Assembly (NCBI RefSeq): GCF_011390875.1
Contig: NZ_JAABRP010000008.1
Coordinates: 347 to 64,346 of the forward strand
Source of the DNA: Thiocapsa sp.
GTDB lineage: Bacteria > Pseudomonadota > Gammaproteobacteria > Chromatiales > Chromatiaceae
Length of the DNA: 64,000 nucleotides
Direction: 5' to 3'
The position numbers were made by a program, and so were the translations under genes. Of the stretch, positions 40,753 through 54,162 are shown piece after piece (position 1 is the first letter of the stretch; every line of letters starts with the position of its first letter). The notes under the pieces are model-generated. The model saw nothing but the letters and a program-made list of their open reading frames with translations. It did no database searches and was not told the origin of the DNA.

Positions 40753-41268
40753 TTAGGGTAAAACTCCGGGGGGAGTGGATTGGCGCAGCTCAAGCTCGAG
40801 CGACGGGGTCGCCGCGACGACCGTGCCGAGCGCATCCTGAACGCGCGCTTGAATGCGGTGTGCCTCGAAGCCGATACCCTGGATTTGAAACTGGGTCGGT
40901 CCCGCCTCGACGGTGACCGCACGATCGTCGAGCATGAGCTCGAGACGATGCCCTTCGAGCAACGGCGGCTCCAGCTGCAGCTGGATCTCGAGGGTGTCGG
41001 TCGGCTGAACGAGGACATCTCCGGCCGTCGGCGCGAGGATCTCGAAGACCGCGTAGGGTCCGAGCAATGGTGTCTTGCCGGTCGACTCGGGATCCGGGGC
41101 GGCGGGGTCGGGTTGGTCTATATCGGGTACAACGCGTTGCACCGCCGCATCCGGCGGTCGTCGATCCGAGAAGTGAGTTCGTCCGTCCGCGTCGACCCAG
41201 CGAAAGATTTCGGCGCTCGACGCTTGGGGCGCCAATAGAACGACGGCGGCGAATAGGTATTTGATCAT
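40753..41268 (-). CDS. DUF4124 domain-containing periplasmic protein
   Basis: Start ATG 41268 gives the signal peptide MIKYLFAAVVLLAPQASSA, followed by EIFRWVDADGRTHFSD (DUF4124-type motif). Same position between glnA and ntrB as in pseudomonads. Confidence 0.7.
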   Translation of the reverse strand: MIKYLFAAVVLLAPQASSAEIFRWVDADGRTHFSDRRPPDAAVQRVVPDIDQPDPAAPDPESTGKTPLLGPYAVFEILAPTAGDVLVQPTDTLEIQLQLEPPLLEGHRLELMLDDRAVTVEAGPTQFQIQGIGFEAHRIQARVQDALGTVVAATPSLELELRQSTPPGVLP

Positions 41269-41307
41269 AGTCGAAGAATAGTCGACCGGGATTTCGGGCT
41301 CAACCGG

Positions 41308-41336
41308 AAATGAAAAAGGCCCCTTGCGGGGCCTCG
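41308..41336 (-). terminator. Rho-independent terminator after glnA
   Basis: The minus-strand RNA reads GGCCCC-GCAA-GGGGCC followed by UUUUUCAUUU. It begins about 30 nt downstream of the glnA stop. Confidence 0.78.
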
Positions 41337-41362
41337 TCGACACGCTTGAGCGCGGCCGGAGT

Positions 41363-42766
41363 CTAGAGACTGTAGTACATGTCGAACTCGACCGGGTGCG
41401 TGGTCATGCGGATGCGCGTGACCTCTCCCATCTTCAGAGCGATATAGGCATCGATCAGGTCGTCGGTGAAGACACCGCCGGCGGTGAGGTATTCCCTGTC
41501 GTTGTCGAGATACTCCAATGCCATATCCAGCGAGTGACAAACGGTCGGAATGGCCTTGGCCTCTTCACGCGGCAGATCATAGAGATCCTTGTCCATGGCA
41601 TCGCCCGGGTGGATCTTGTTCTGGATGCCGTCCAGACCGGCCATCATCATCGCGGCGAAAGCCAGGTAAGGGTTACAGGTCGAATCCGGGAAGCGAACCT
41701 CGATCCGACGGCCCTTAGGGCTCGCAACATAGGGGATGCGGACGGACGCGGAGCGGTTGCGCGCCGAGTAGGCGAGCATCACAGGGGCCTCGAAGCCCGG
41801 CACCAAACGTTTGTAGGAGTTGGTGGAGGGGTTGGTCAAGGCGTTCAGAGAGCGGGCGTGCTTGATGATGCCGCCGATATAATAGAGTGCCGTGTCTGAC
41901 AAGCCTGCGTATTTGTCGCCGGCGAAGATATTCTGGCCGTCCTTGCTCAGCGACTGGTGCACATGCATGCCGCTGCCGTTGTCGCCGACCAACGGCTTGG
42001 GCATGAATGTCGCCGTCTTGCCGTAGGCGTGGGCGACGTTCTGAATGACGTACTTGGTGATTTGGTTCTTGTCGGCGCGTGATACGAGGGTATCGAACTG
42101 GGTGCCGATCTCGCATTGGCCCGCGGTTGCGACTTCATGGTGATGCACCTCGACCGGCACACCCATTTCTTCGAGCGCAAGACACATGGCTGCGCGAATA
42201 TCATTCAGTGAATCGACCGGCGGGACCGGGAAGTAGCCGCCTTTCGTGCTCGGACGATGCCCCATGTTGCCGTCGGCGAAGACACGCTCGGAGTTCCAGC
42301 CGGCTTCCTCGGAATCGATCTTGTAGAAGGCGCCGCTCATGTCCGCACCCCAGCGAACATCGTCCAGGATAAAGAACTCGGGCTCCGGACCGAAGTACGC
42401 CGTGTCGGCGACGCCCGTCGACTTCAGATAGGCTTCAGCACGCTTGGCCAGGGAGCGCGGGTCGCGCTCGTACCCGGTCATGGTGTCGGGCTCCAGGATA
42501 TCGCAGCGGATGATCAGGGTGTTCTCGTCCGTGAAGGGATCCATCACGGCGGTGGAGGGCTCCGGCATCAGGACCATATCCGATGCTTCGATGCCCTTCC
42601 AGCCCGCGATCGACGATCCGTCGAACATCTTGCCGTCCTTGAACAAATCCTCGTCGATCACCCGGGAGGGCATGGAGACGTGCTGCTCCTTGCCTCGCGT
42701 GTCGGTGAAGCGAAGGTCGACGAACTTCACGTCGTTGTCCTTGATCATTTTGATCACGTCTGTCAT
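41363..42766 (-). CDS. glnA: Glutamine synthetase type I
   Basis: Start ATG 42766 with GGAGAA upstream ([22 protein letters not shown]). Adenylylation-site region KDLYDLP. Full-length GSI motifs. Confidence 0.96.
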   Translation of the reverse strand: MTDVIKMIKDNDVKFVDLRFTDTRGKEQHVSMPSRVIDEDLFKDGKMFDGSSIAGWKGIEASDMVLMPEPSTAVMDPFTDENTLIIRCDILEPDTMTGYERDPRSLAKRAEAYLKSTGVADTAYFGPEPEFFILDDVRWGADMSGAFYKIDSEEAGWNSERVFADGNMGHRPSTKGGYFPVPPVDSLNDIRAAMCLALEEMGVPVEVHHHEVATAGQCEIGTQFDTLVSRADKNQITKYVIQNVAHAYGKTATFMPKPLVGDNGSGMHVHQSLSKDGQNIFAGDKYAGLSDTALYYIGGIIKHARSLNALTNPSTNSYKRLVPGFEAPVMLAYSARNRSASVRIPYVASPKGRRIEVRFPDSTCNPYLAFAAMMMAGLDGIQNKIHPGDAMDKDLYDLPREEAKAIPTVCHSLDMALEYLDNDREYLTAGGVFTDDLIDAYIALKMGEVTRIRMTTHPVEFDMYYSL

Positions 42767-43193
42767 TTGGGATTTCTCCGCTGCTGTAGGTTCGGGGGAA
42801 AGTTCGCCGGGCGGCGCCATCGTAGGCCATTTACCCTCGTGTGCGGCGAGGCGGCTTGGAGCCTAGCAGGTCACCACTCCGGCTGCACGACTCGCGGTGC
42901 GTCGGCGGGTCGCGGTGAATCGGTCTGAATGGAGTCCTCGGCGTTGCATGCGACGGAGGACGGCCGGTGCTGTCGATCACCTTCCGGGCGTAAAGCATCT
43001 ACCGAGCCAAGACCGCAATCGACGGAACCTCCGAACGTGATCGGTCCGCGGAAACTTGACCAAGGAAGGCTCAATACGCTGTTTAAAAGCGGTTATTTCT
43101 CGAAATGTCGCTTCAACCGACCAGTCGAGACAATGCGATACCGATTGCGCAAACGCTTGCTGCGAGGGCAACGACCCCCAGCCTTTCCATCAG

Positions 43194-43241
43194 CGCACCA
43201 TAACGGAGCTATTCCTCAAAAAACAGCACCACTATAGTGCG
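43194..43241 (-). promoter_or_regulatory. Two candidate NtrC-type enhancer sites far upstream of glnA
   Basis: aGCACCActaTaGTGCg (43225-43241) matches 11 of 14 specified positions of TGCACCA-N3-TGGTGCA, and cGCACCAtaacGGaGCt (43194-43210) matches 10 of 14. Their centres are 31 bp apart. Confidence 0.4.
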
Positions 43242-43245
43242 ATTG

Positions 43246-44412
43246 CTACCCGAAAAAGATTCGTACATCTCGAAACGCCGGCTCGTCCTTGATCGCTTCC
43301 GCGAGGCGGGCCTGTAAGTCGGTAGCGTCCGCGCCTTTTCGGCGGCATGCGGCTAACGGGAAATGCACCTCGATGTCGATCCCGCCCCGCAGATAGTGAA
43401 AGACCATCCGTTGACGCTCGTTGGCCTCCGGAATCGCCGACCAGAGCGAGGCGAGGCGGGCCATCGCCTCGGCCCGCAGCGGGAGCCCGACGGGGGGAGG
43501 AAAACGATCGTCGTCCTCCGGATCGATATGGACGGTGACGTCGGTGATTTCGTCGATCTCGCGCTTGAGGCGATGCTCCACCAAGAGGCTGATCATGTGG
43601 CCTTCGGATACGCTGACGAAGGGATCGACCAAGACGTGGACGTCGGCGGAAACCTGTCCGGCATAGCGGCGCGTGCGCAGCATGTGGATGTCGCGCACGC
43701 CGCCAACCGAGCGAATGGTCTCCTTGACCGCGCTCAGCCGCTCGGATTCCAGCCCGGTATCGACCAACTCGTTGATCGCCTCCCAGCCCAGCTCCCAGCC
43801 TATCTTAGCGATCATCATCGCGACCACGACTGCTGCGATCGCATCCAGATAGGCTAGGCCGGCCATGGTTCCGGCGATTCCCACAAGGACGACCACTGAA
43901 GAAACCGCGTCGGTACGGTGATGCCAGGCGTTGGCGCGGATCAGATCCGACTTGACGCGCTTGGCATAGCCGAGCGTCCACCAGTAAAGCCATTCCTTGG
44001 CGAGGATCGACCCCAGAGCCGCAAGCAGGGTCAGAGGCCCCGGCTCGAGCAAGGCCGCCGGCTGAAACAGGCGCTCGATGGAATCCCAGGCAATGCCGAT
44101 GGCCACGGCGATGAGCAGCAACCCCAGAACGAGCGTTGCAACCGTTTCGTATCGAGCATGCCCGTAGGGATGATCGTGATCGGGACCTTGGCTGCCCCGG
44201 CGACCGGCCAACAGGACCAACAGATCGGATAAGAGGTCGGAAAGTGAATGAATCCCGTCGGCCACGAGCGCTTGAGAGTGACCGAAAACGCCTGCGATGA
44301 TCTTCACCACCGAGAGTACAAGATTGATCGCTGCGCCGACGATTGCCGTGTGGGTAACGGCATGGCGACGTTCGGCTGACGAGTCGTTGAAGGTGCGCAT
44401 GGCGGTAGGCAT
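43246..44412 (-). CDS. Cation diffusion facilitator family transporter
   Basis: TM domain with metal-site motifs ADGIHSLSDLLSD and ANAWHHRTD. C-terminal cytoplasmic domain plus an extra tail. Start uncertain (ATG 44412 or 44400; the ORF is open to 44529). Confidence 0.85.
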   Translation of the reverse strand: MPTAMRTFNDSSAERRHAVTHTAIVGAAINLVLSVVKIIAGVFGHSQALVADGIHSLSDLLSDLLVLLAGRRGSQGPDHDHPYGHARYETVATLVLGLLLIAVAIGIAWDSIERLFQPAALLEPGPLTLLAALGSILAKEWLYWWTLGYAKRVKSDLIRANAWHHRTDAVSSVVVLVGIAGTMAGLAYLDAIAAVVVAMMIAKIGWELGWEAINELVDTGLESERLSAVKETIRSVGGVRDIHMLRTRRYAGQVSADVHVLVDPFVSVSEGHMISLLVEHRLKREIDEITDVTVHIDPEDDDRFPPPVGLPLRAEAMARLASLWSAIPEANERQRMVFHYLRGGIDIEVHFPLAACRRKGADATDLQARLAEAIKDEPAFRDVRIFFG

Positions 44413-44707
44413 CGAGGTTGCGTTTGAAGTCCGGTTCCGCGCCCCGGGGGTGCAATCGGACGAACTCGGTAGCGTAACAGGCGAGACCCGGTTTGGCGCG
44501 CACGGATGGTCGTAGCGATAGAATCCCAACAGCTGCGCGATGTCCTGCGGGGATCGTTCTAAGCCCGGCGCTCGTGGACTTTTTCGGAATGTGACGGGTA
44601 CATCGAGGCAAAAAATTCTGGTGCGCGGGGTATCGCTTTGGCGTGACCTCGCCGATCAGCGCTATACTGCTCGATTTTCATCAACACTGGGCCGAAGGAG
44701 TACGATC

Positions 44708-45613
44708 TTGAATCTCGATCGAGAGGATGTCTCGACCTTTCAGGGCCTCGTTTTCGCCCTCGAGCGTTACTGGGCCGAGCAGGGATGCGTCATCCTTCAG
44801 CCACTCGACATGGAGGTCGGCGCAGGAACCTTCCACCCGGCGACCTTCCTACGCTCGATCGGCCCCGAACCTTGGCGCAGTGCCTATGTTCAGCCCTCGC
44901 GCCGACCGACCGACGGGCGTTACGGGGAGAATCCGAACCGCCTCCAACACTACTACCAATATCAGGTTGTGCTGAAGCCCTCGCCGCTCGAGATCCAGGA
45001 TCTCTACCTCGACTCGCTGCGCCGTCTCGGTATCGATCCTCTCGTGCACGATATCCGGTTCGTCGAGGACAACTGGGAGTCACCGACCTTGGGCGCTTGG
45101 GGGCTCGGCTGGGAGGTTTGGCTCAATGGGATGGAGGTGACGCAGTTCACCTACTTCCAACAGGTCGGAGGACTCGATTGTCGGCCGGTGACCGGTGAGA
45201 TCACCTATGGCCTCGAACGCATCGCCATGTACCTGCAGGGCGTCGAGAGTGTCTACGATTTGGTTTGGAGCCGAACCCCGGCAGGCGTCGTCACCTACGG
45301 CGATGTTTACCATCAGAACGAGGTCGAGCAGTCCGCCTATAACTTCGAGCATGCCGACGTCGACGCCCTGTTCAGGCAATTCGATACCTGCGAGGCAGCA
45401 AGCGCCGCCATGGTCGAGAAAGGCCTCCCGTTGCCGGCCTACGAGCAGGTCTTGAAGGCATCTCATACCTTCAACCTTCTCGATGCGCGCGGCGCGATCT
45501 CGGTTACGGAGCGACAGCGGTTCATCCTGCGCGTACGCACCCTTTCGCGTGCCGTGGCCCAGGCTTATTTCGACCGCCGGGAGGCCCTCGGCTTCCCGAT
45601 GCTGACCCGCTAA
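44708..45613 (+). CDS. glyQ: Glycine--tRNA ligase alpha subunit
   Basis: TTG 44708 lies 7 nt after AAGGAG and gives [44 protein letters not shown], matching the GlyQ N-terminus. The upstream part of ORF 44540 is not GlyQ-like. Confidence 0.92.
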   Translation: MNLDREDVSTFQGLVFALERYWAEQGCVILQPLDMEVGAGTFHPATFLRSIGPEPWRSAYVQPSRRPTDGRYGENPNRLQHYYQYQVVLKPSPLEIQDLYLDSLRRLGIDPLVHDIRFVEDNWESPTLGAWGLGWEVWLNGMEVTQFTYFQQVGGLDCRPVTGEITYGLERIAMYLQGVESVYDLVWSRTPAGVVTYGDVYHQNEVEQSAYNFEHADVDALFRQFDTCEAASAAMVEKGLPLPAYEQVLKASHTFNLLDARGAISVTERQRFILRVRTLSRAVAQAYFDRREALGFPMLTR

Positions 45614-45625
45614 GGGGAAACGACA

Positions 45626-47716
45626 GTGGACGCAACCAGTAACCTTTTGGTCGAGATCGGAACCGAAGAGCTCCCTCCGACCGCTTTGCTCGCTCTCTCG
45701 AACGCCTTCCTCGCGGGTTTTCGCGATCAACTCGAGGGTGCCGGTATCGGCTTCGAGACGATCGAGCCTTTCGCCTCGCCACGGCGACTCGCCATCCTGG
45801 TGCGCGGCATCGTGACCCGTCAGCCCGATCGGGAAATTCTGCGGCGCGGACCTGCGCTACAGGCGGCGTTTGCTGCGGATGGCCAGCCGACGAAGGCCGC
45901 TTTGGGTTTCGCCGGGTCCTGCGGGGTGCCGGTCGATACGCTCGCTCGCGAGGTCACGGACAAGGGTGAATGGCTGGCATTCCGAAGCAGCGTCGCCGGC
46001 GAGCTCACGGCCTCTTTGGTGCCGGGTTTGACCGACGCCGCGCTTACCAAGCTTCCTATCCCCAAGCGGATGCGCTGGGGTGATGGTTCGGAAGAGTTCG
46101 TCCGTCCGGTCCACTGGGTGTGTCTGCTGTTGGGTACGGAGGCGATATCGGGCAGCGTCCTGGGCATCGAGGCCGGTCGGCACACTCGTGGACATCGCTT
46201 CCATCACCCCGGGCCGATCAACATACCCGAAGCGATGGAATACTCCGAGCTGCTGCGCTCGCGCGGATCGGTCGAGGCGGATTTCAATCGCCGTCGCGAC
46301 CTAGTTCGCAGCCAGGTCGAAGAACTGGCTTCGGCGAATGGTCTGCGCGCCCGGGTCGATGACGCCCTGCTTGACGAGGTCACGGCCTTGGTCGAATGGC
46401 CAAGGGCGATCCTTGGCCACTTCGACGAGGCGTATCTCGCGATTCCGCCCGAGGTTCTGATCGAGACGATGCGCTCGAATCAGAAATATTTCCCGGTGGA
46501 GGACGCCTCCGGTGCCTTGCAGGCATCCTTCATCACGGTGGCCAACATCGAGAGCCGAGATCCGGATCAGGTCCGTGCCGGCAACGAGCGCGTGATCCGG
46601 CCTCGTTTCGCGGATGCGGCCTTTTTTTGGACCCAAGACCTCAAGCAGCCGTTGGAAGGTTACGCCCAACGGCTCAAGACCGTCGTCTTCCAGGATCGGC
46701 TCGGCACCCTCGCGGAGAAGAGCGCTCGAGTGGCAAGCCTGGCTCGGGATCTCGCGTCCTCGATCGGTGTCGATCCGGATCTCGCTGCCCGCGCAGCGCG
46801 GCTCTCCCGGTGCGATCTGGTGACCTCGATGGTCTACGAGTTTCCCGGCCTTCAGGGGACCATGGGGCGCTATTACGCGCTGCACGCGAACGAGGACCCC
46901 TGTGTTTGTGCTGCGATGGAGGAGCAGTATCTGCCGAGGTTCGCAGGCGATGTTCTTCCGGCGAGCCCATGCGGAAGGGTCCTGGCGATCGCCGACCGGA
47001 TCGATACGCTGGTCGGGATCTTCGGTATCGGGTTGCGTCCGACCGGGGCAAAGGATCCTTACGGTCTGAGGCGTGCATCGATCGGCGTGCTGCGTATCCT
47101 GATCGAGACTCCCTTGGAACTGGACCTGCGCGAGTTGATCGCCTCGGCGGCATCCGGCTATCCGGCCGGGCTTCTGAGCGAGGATGTGGAGGCTGCCGCC
47201 CTTGGGTACGTGATCGATCGACTGCGGGGTTACTACCACGAGCGAGGCGTCGCCGGGGACACCATCGAGGCGGTACTCCAGACAGGCGTTACCGTACCGG
47301 CCGATCTCGACGCCCGTTTGGATGCCGTGACAGCCTTCAGAGCGCTGAGCGGTTCTGCGTCCCTGGCAGCAGCAAACAAGCGAATCCGCAATATCTTGAA
47401 TAAGGCGGGAATCGACGTTGGGGTCGGTTCGGCGTGTACCGAAGCAAACCGCCAACTGCTCGATGATCCTGCCGAAATCCGTCTCGCGGCTCGGGTCGAG
47501 GAGCTGTCCTCACTGGTCGTACCCCTCGCGCAAGCCCGTGACTACATGGGAGTGTTGCGTCTCTTGTCCGAGCTTGAAAGCGATCTCGAAGCCTTTTTCG
47601 ATCAAGTGATGGTGATGGTGGATGATCCCGAGATCCGCGAGAACCGCATCCGACTGCTCCACTCCCTGGCCGGACTGTTCCTGCTTGTCGCAGACATCTC
47701 CCGTCTCCAAGAATGA
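45626..47716 (+). CDS. glyS: Glycine--tRNA ligase beta subunit
   Basis: 696 aa. N-terminus LLVEIGTEELPP and FxTPRRLA-type motif FASPRRLAILV. Directly follows glyQ. Confidence 0.93.
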   Translation: MDATSNLLVEIGTEELPPTALLALSNAFLAGFRDQLEGAGIGFETIEPFASPRRLAILVRGIVTRQPDREILRRGPALQAAFAADGQPTKAALGFAGSCGVPVDTLAREVTDKGEWLAFRSSVAGELTASLVPGLTDAALTKLPIPKRMRWGDGSEEFVRPVHWVCLLLGTEAISGSVLGIEAGRHTRGHRFHHPGPINIPEAMEYSELLRSRGSVEADFNRRRDLVRSQVEELASANGLRARVDDALLDEVTALVEWPRAILGHFDEAYLAIPPEVLIETMRSNQKYFPVEDASGALQASFITVANIESRDPDQVRAGNERVIRPRFADAAFFWTQDLKQPLEGYAQRLKTVVFQDRLGTLAEKSARVASLARDLASSIGVDPDLAARAARLSRCDLVTSMVYEFPGLQGTMGRYYALHANEDPCVCAAMEEQYLPRFAGDVLPASPCGRVLAIADRIDTLVGIFGIGLRPTGAKDPYGLRRASIGVLRILIETPLELDLRELIASAASGYPAGLLSEDVEAAALGYVIDRLRGYYHERGVAGDTIEAVLQTGVTVPADLDARLDAVTAFRALSGSASLAAANKRIRNILNKAGIDVGVGSACTEANRQLLDDPAEIRLAARVEELSSLVVPLAQARDYMGVLRLLSELESDLEAFFDQVMVMVDDPEIRENRIRLLHSLAGLFLLVADISRLQE

Positions 47717-47770
47717 TCGACGGAACGGCTGGACGGGCGGGCGAATGCTTTCTCGTGTTCGAGGGCAACA

Positions 47771-48311
47771 GTGATGAGTGAGCGGGTCGTGATTCTGGAT
47801 CGAGACGGCGTGATCAACGCGGATTCGGAGAATTTCGTCAAATCGATAGACGAATGGATCCCGTTGCCGGGGAGCATCGATGCCATTGCGCGACTCTCCC
47901 ACGCGGGTTACCGCATCGCAGTGGCGACCAACCAATCGGGGTTGGCGCGTGGCCTTTTGACCCCGACTGACCTCGACACCATGCACCGCAAGCTTCGGGA
48001 TCTCTTAGCCGAACAGGGAGGACGAATCGAGATGATCGTCTATTGCCCCCACGGGCCCGATGACGGCTGCGGTTGCCGCAAGCCCAGACCCGGCATGCTC
48101 GAGGAGATCGGGAGGCGACTCTCGATGAATCTCGCAGGCATACCCTTTGTCGGCGATTCGCTCGGCGATGTACTGGCGGCGCGCGCTGCCGGGGCCGAGC
48201 CCTGGTTAGTTCGTACGGGAAAAGGGGAGGACACGCTGGTTGGCGGATCCCCTCATCTTGCGGGAGTTCCGGTGCATGCCGATCTTGCATCCGTAGTGGA
48301 TACCCTGCTCC

Positions 48312-48319
<8 letters not shown>
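47771..48319 (+). CDS. gmhB: D-glycero-beta-D-manno-heptose 1,7-bisphosphate 7-phosphatase (HAD-IIIA)
   Basis: HAD motif I DRDGVIN. Zn-binding CPHGPDDGCGCRKPRPGML. FVGDSLGD motif. Confidence 0.85.
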
Positions 48320-51565
<3,246 letters not shown>

Positions 51566-51721
51566 TCACGGCTTCGTGGAAGCATGGTGCGCATCGCAGC
51601 CGGATAGGTCGACGCCGGGGCAAGGCTGCCCCCTAAGCGTGGCCTATTATACGGGAACCGGGACCGGAGCGCCTTAGGGGCGGCGGGTGGGGTAGATGCC
51701 GGACGCCGATGATCGGCACCG

Positions 51722-52858
51722 TTAAGCCAAGGAGGCCGGTGGCAGAGGACGATCGATAGGCGCGGCGGGTGTGAGAGTGCCGTGTTCCACGTGGAACATA
51801 CAGTCGGCGGCGGCGGATTCAACACAGATCCCACCAGACTCGCAGCTCAAACGGGCGACGAGTTGCTGCGTGTCCGGATTTCCAAACAACCGCCAGAGAC
51901 GATCGGCTGTGCCAGGGTCGAGTTCTGCGTCGATATCGTCGAGGAGCCAAAGCGACGGTAACAAACCGTTCGCGCGGTGGACGCGTTCCGCCGCGAGTTG
52001 CAGAAGGCATACGGCGACCTTTGCTTGGCCGCGGGAGAGCCTGGACGAACCACCGGAACGGCTGATCGTGACGTCCGCACGATGTGCACCCGCGAGGGTT
52101 TGCCCGCGCTGAACTTCGGCACTGCGTCCCCGCTCAAGGATATCCGTCAAATCGCTGTCGTGCGGCCAGCCGCGCTCGAAGAGTAGATCGCAGCCGTCGA
52201 GGAACGAGAAGTCGTTCGCGAAGGATCTGAACTCGGCCCGCCATAGGTCCACAAAGGCCGCGCGCTTAACCGTAATTTGGTCGGAAAGGTCGACGAAGGC
52301 TGGGTCCCAAAGCGACGCGCTGGGCCCGGATTGTCGAAGTGCCGCATTTCGCTGAGCGAGTACACGTCTGAATTCGCCCCGCAACTGTCCAAGCCGATGT
52401 TCCACGTGGAACAAGTTCCAGTCCAGAAGCCCGCGTCTGAGCACCGGCTCCCCTTCCAAAAGGGCCTGAGGATTTTCCCCGACTAGCTTGACTCTCAGCG
52501 GACTTTCGCTCGGCGGGAGCGATCCCATCGCAACACTGTTGTACCGCCTCAGGCTACCGCGGCTGCTCCGCTCGAAGACCAACATCGACTCGCTCGATGA
52601 ATCCGCCTCCCGAAACAATCCCTCGATCAAGGTCCGACGCTCACCGTCAGTCGTTAAGGATCCTGCCTTGCGACCCCGAAAGCTCCGGCCCCGCGCCAAA
52701 AGATAGACGGCTTCGAGGAGCGTCGTCTTCCCTGCCCCATTGCTGCCGGTCAACAGGATCCGATGGGATGTGTCGCACAGGTCCAAATCCACATTGCGGA
52801 GGTTTCTTAGATTCCTAACCCGTAGCCTCAGCAACCGCGGTCCGATCAAGTCGTCCAT
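51722..52858 (-). CDS. recF: DNA replication and repair protein RecF
   Basis: Walker A GSNGAGKTTLLEA, signature and Walker B (LWLLDDIDAELD). dnaN-recF-gyrB order. Confidence 0.9.
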   Translation of the reverse strand: MDDLIGPRLLRLRVRNLRNLRNVDLDLCDTSHRILLTGSNGAGKTTLLEAVYLLARGRSFRGRKAGSLTTDGERRTLIEGLFREADSSSESMLVFERSSRGSLRRYNSVAMGSLPPSESPLRVKLVGENPQALLEGEPVLRRGLLDWNLFHVEHRLGQLRGEFRRVLAQRNAALRQSGPSASLWDPAFVDLSDQITVKRAAFVDLWRAEFRSFANDFSFLDGCDLLFERGWPHDSDLTDILERGRSAEVQRGQTLAGAHRADVTISRSGGSSRLSRGQAKVAVCLLQLAAERVHRANGLLPSLWLLDDIDAELDPGTADRLWRLFGNPDTQQLVARLSCESGGICVESAAADCMFHVEHGTLTPAAPIDRPLPPASLA

Positions 52859-52870
52859 GGACCCCGAAAA

Positions 52871-53971
52871 TCACAGGCGCATGGGCATGACGACATAGGT
52901 TTCATCCTCGGCTCCGACCCCTCGCCAAACGGAGCTGCTTCCGGCATCGCTGAATCGAACTTCGATCTCGCTACCCTCTACTGCCCCCAAAACATCCGAC
53001 AGGTAAGCCACGTTGAAACCGATGGCGACGGATTCCCCGTTGTAGTCGAGCTCGATCTCCTCCTCCGCCTCTTCCTGCTCTGGATTGTGCGCCTGCAGCC
53101 TCAGGACACCCTCCTCGAACGCCAATCGAACACCTCGATACTTCTCGTTCGACAGAATCGACGTCCGTGCCAACGCTCGTTTGAGCGCGTCGTTACTGAC
53201 CCGAGCAACCTTGCCGAGTTCGCGAGGGATGACTCGCTCGTATTCCGGGTAACGACCATCCACCAACTTCGAGGTCATCACCATTCCGCCGACCGCTAGA
53301 CGAATGCTCCTAGAGCCGACAGACACAGAAACCTCTTCGTCAGTGGACGAGAGTTGACGGCGGAGCTCCAGAATCGTCTTGCTCGGAACGATGACCTGCA
53401 CGCGCTCCGGAATATCCAAATCAAGGCTTCGATGAAACTTGGCCAGCCGATGTCCGTCCGTCCCGACGGCCGTAATCCCGGAACGCTCCCACTCGAGCAG
53501 CAGGCCATTCAGGTAGTACCGCACATCCTGTTGCGCCATCGCAAAGGATGTCTTGTCAAGAATCTGCCGCAGGACGCCCTCGGGAGCCTTGACCTCCAGC
53601 CCATCGATGTCGGCATCCATCAGCGGGAAATCCGCCGCCGGCAACACCCCGAGCGTGAACCGACCACGTCCGGCAGTGACGACGCAACGCTCGTTGTTCA
53701 GTCGAAACCGGATCTCCGTGCCTTCCGTCAGATTTCGGCAAATGTCCATTAGCTTTCTGGCCGGCAGCGTGGTCTCTCCCTCGCGAGGAACCGACGCACT
53801 ACAACTCGTCCTGACCTCCACCTCCAGATCCGTTCCGCAAATGTCGACCCGGTCATCACGCGCCGACAACAACAAGTTTCCGAGGATCGGAAGTGTTTGT
53901 CGTCGCTCTACGACGCCGACAACTTTACTGAGCACAGGCAACAAATTTTCACGGTTGACGACGAGCTCCAT
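52871..53971 (-). CDS. dnaN: DNA polymerase III beta sliding clamp
   Basis: 366 aa. MELVVNRENLLPVLSKVVGVVERRQTLPILGNLLL, ending VVMPMRL. Confidence 0.96.
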   Translation of the reverse strand: MELVVNRENLLPVLSKVVGVVERRQTLPILGNLLLSARDDRVDICGTDLEVEVRTSCSASVPREGETTLPARKLMDICRNLTEGTEIRFRLNNERCVVTAGRGRFTLGVLPAADFPLMDADIDGLEVKAPEGVLRQILDKTSFAMAQQDVRYYLNGLLLEWERSGITAVGTDGHRLAKFHRSLDLDIPERVQVIVPSKTILELRRQLSSTDEEVSVSVGSRSIRLAVGGMVMTSKLVDGRYPEYERVIPRELGKVARVSNDALKRALARTSILSNEKYRGVRLAFEEGVLRLQAHNPEQEEAEEEIELDYNGESVAIGFNVAYLSDVLGAVEGSEIEVRFSDAGSSSVWRGVGAEDETYVVMPMRL

Positions 53972-53980
53972 CGCGATCTC

Positions 53981-54161
53981 CTAATACTGAAGTAATTTAA
54001 AAAACCTGTAGTAATAAGGGCTGTGCATGAGTGTGCGACTAACCACAATCCGTTATGGAACAGCCACGTCCCCCTGGTTTGCGACCGGCATAACCTCTGG
54101 GCAATCTGTGTATAAATCTGGGATTCAACTGCCGCCGATTTCCGTCAACACGCTATCCACA
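53981..54161. promoter_or_regulatory. AT-rich tract plus DnaA-box-like cluster in the dnaA-dnaN spacer
   Basis: AT-rich 53981-54020 (ctaatactgaagtaatttaaaaaacctgtagtaataaggg). Boxes: cTATCCACA 54153-54161 (+), TTATACACA 54107-54115 (-), cTAaCCACA 54039-54047 (+), TcATGCACA 54022-54030 (-). Confidence 0.4.
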
Positions 54162-54162
54162 G

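Noticed and set aside
42811-42840. TGGCCTACGATGGCG and other TGGC...GC strings close to the glnA start (also TGGTCGGTTGAAGCG near 43110)
   Set aside because: The GG-to-GC spacing is 9 nt instead of the obligatory 10, so they are not valid -24/-12 promoters.
43048-43062. Sigma54-like TGGTCAAGTTTCCGC on the minus strand upstream of glnA
   Set aside because: Only the invariant GG and GC dinucleotides and their spacing match, and the flanking consensus positions do not. Such matches are expected by chance, so it is kept only as a note inside the glnA finding.
44637-44668. Possible sigma70 promoter for glyQ (TATACT at 44663-44668)
   Set aside because: No acceptable -35 hexamer lies at 16-18 nt spacing (TTGGCG is at 19 nt, GTGACC at 14 nt).
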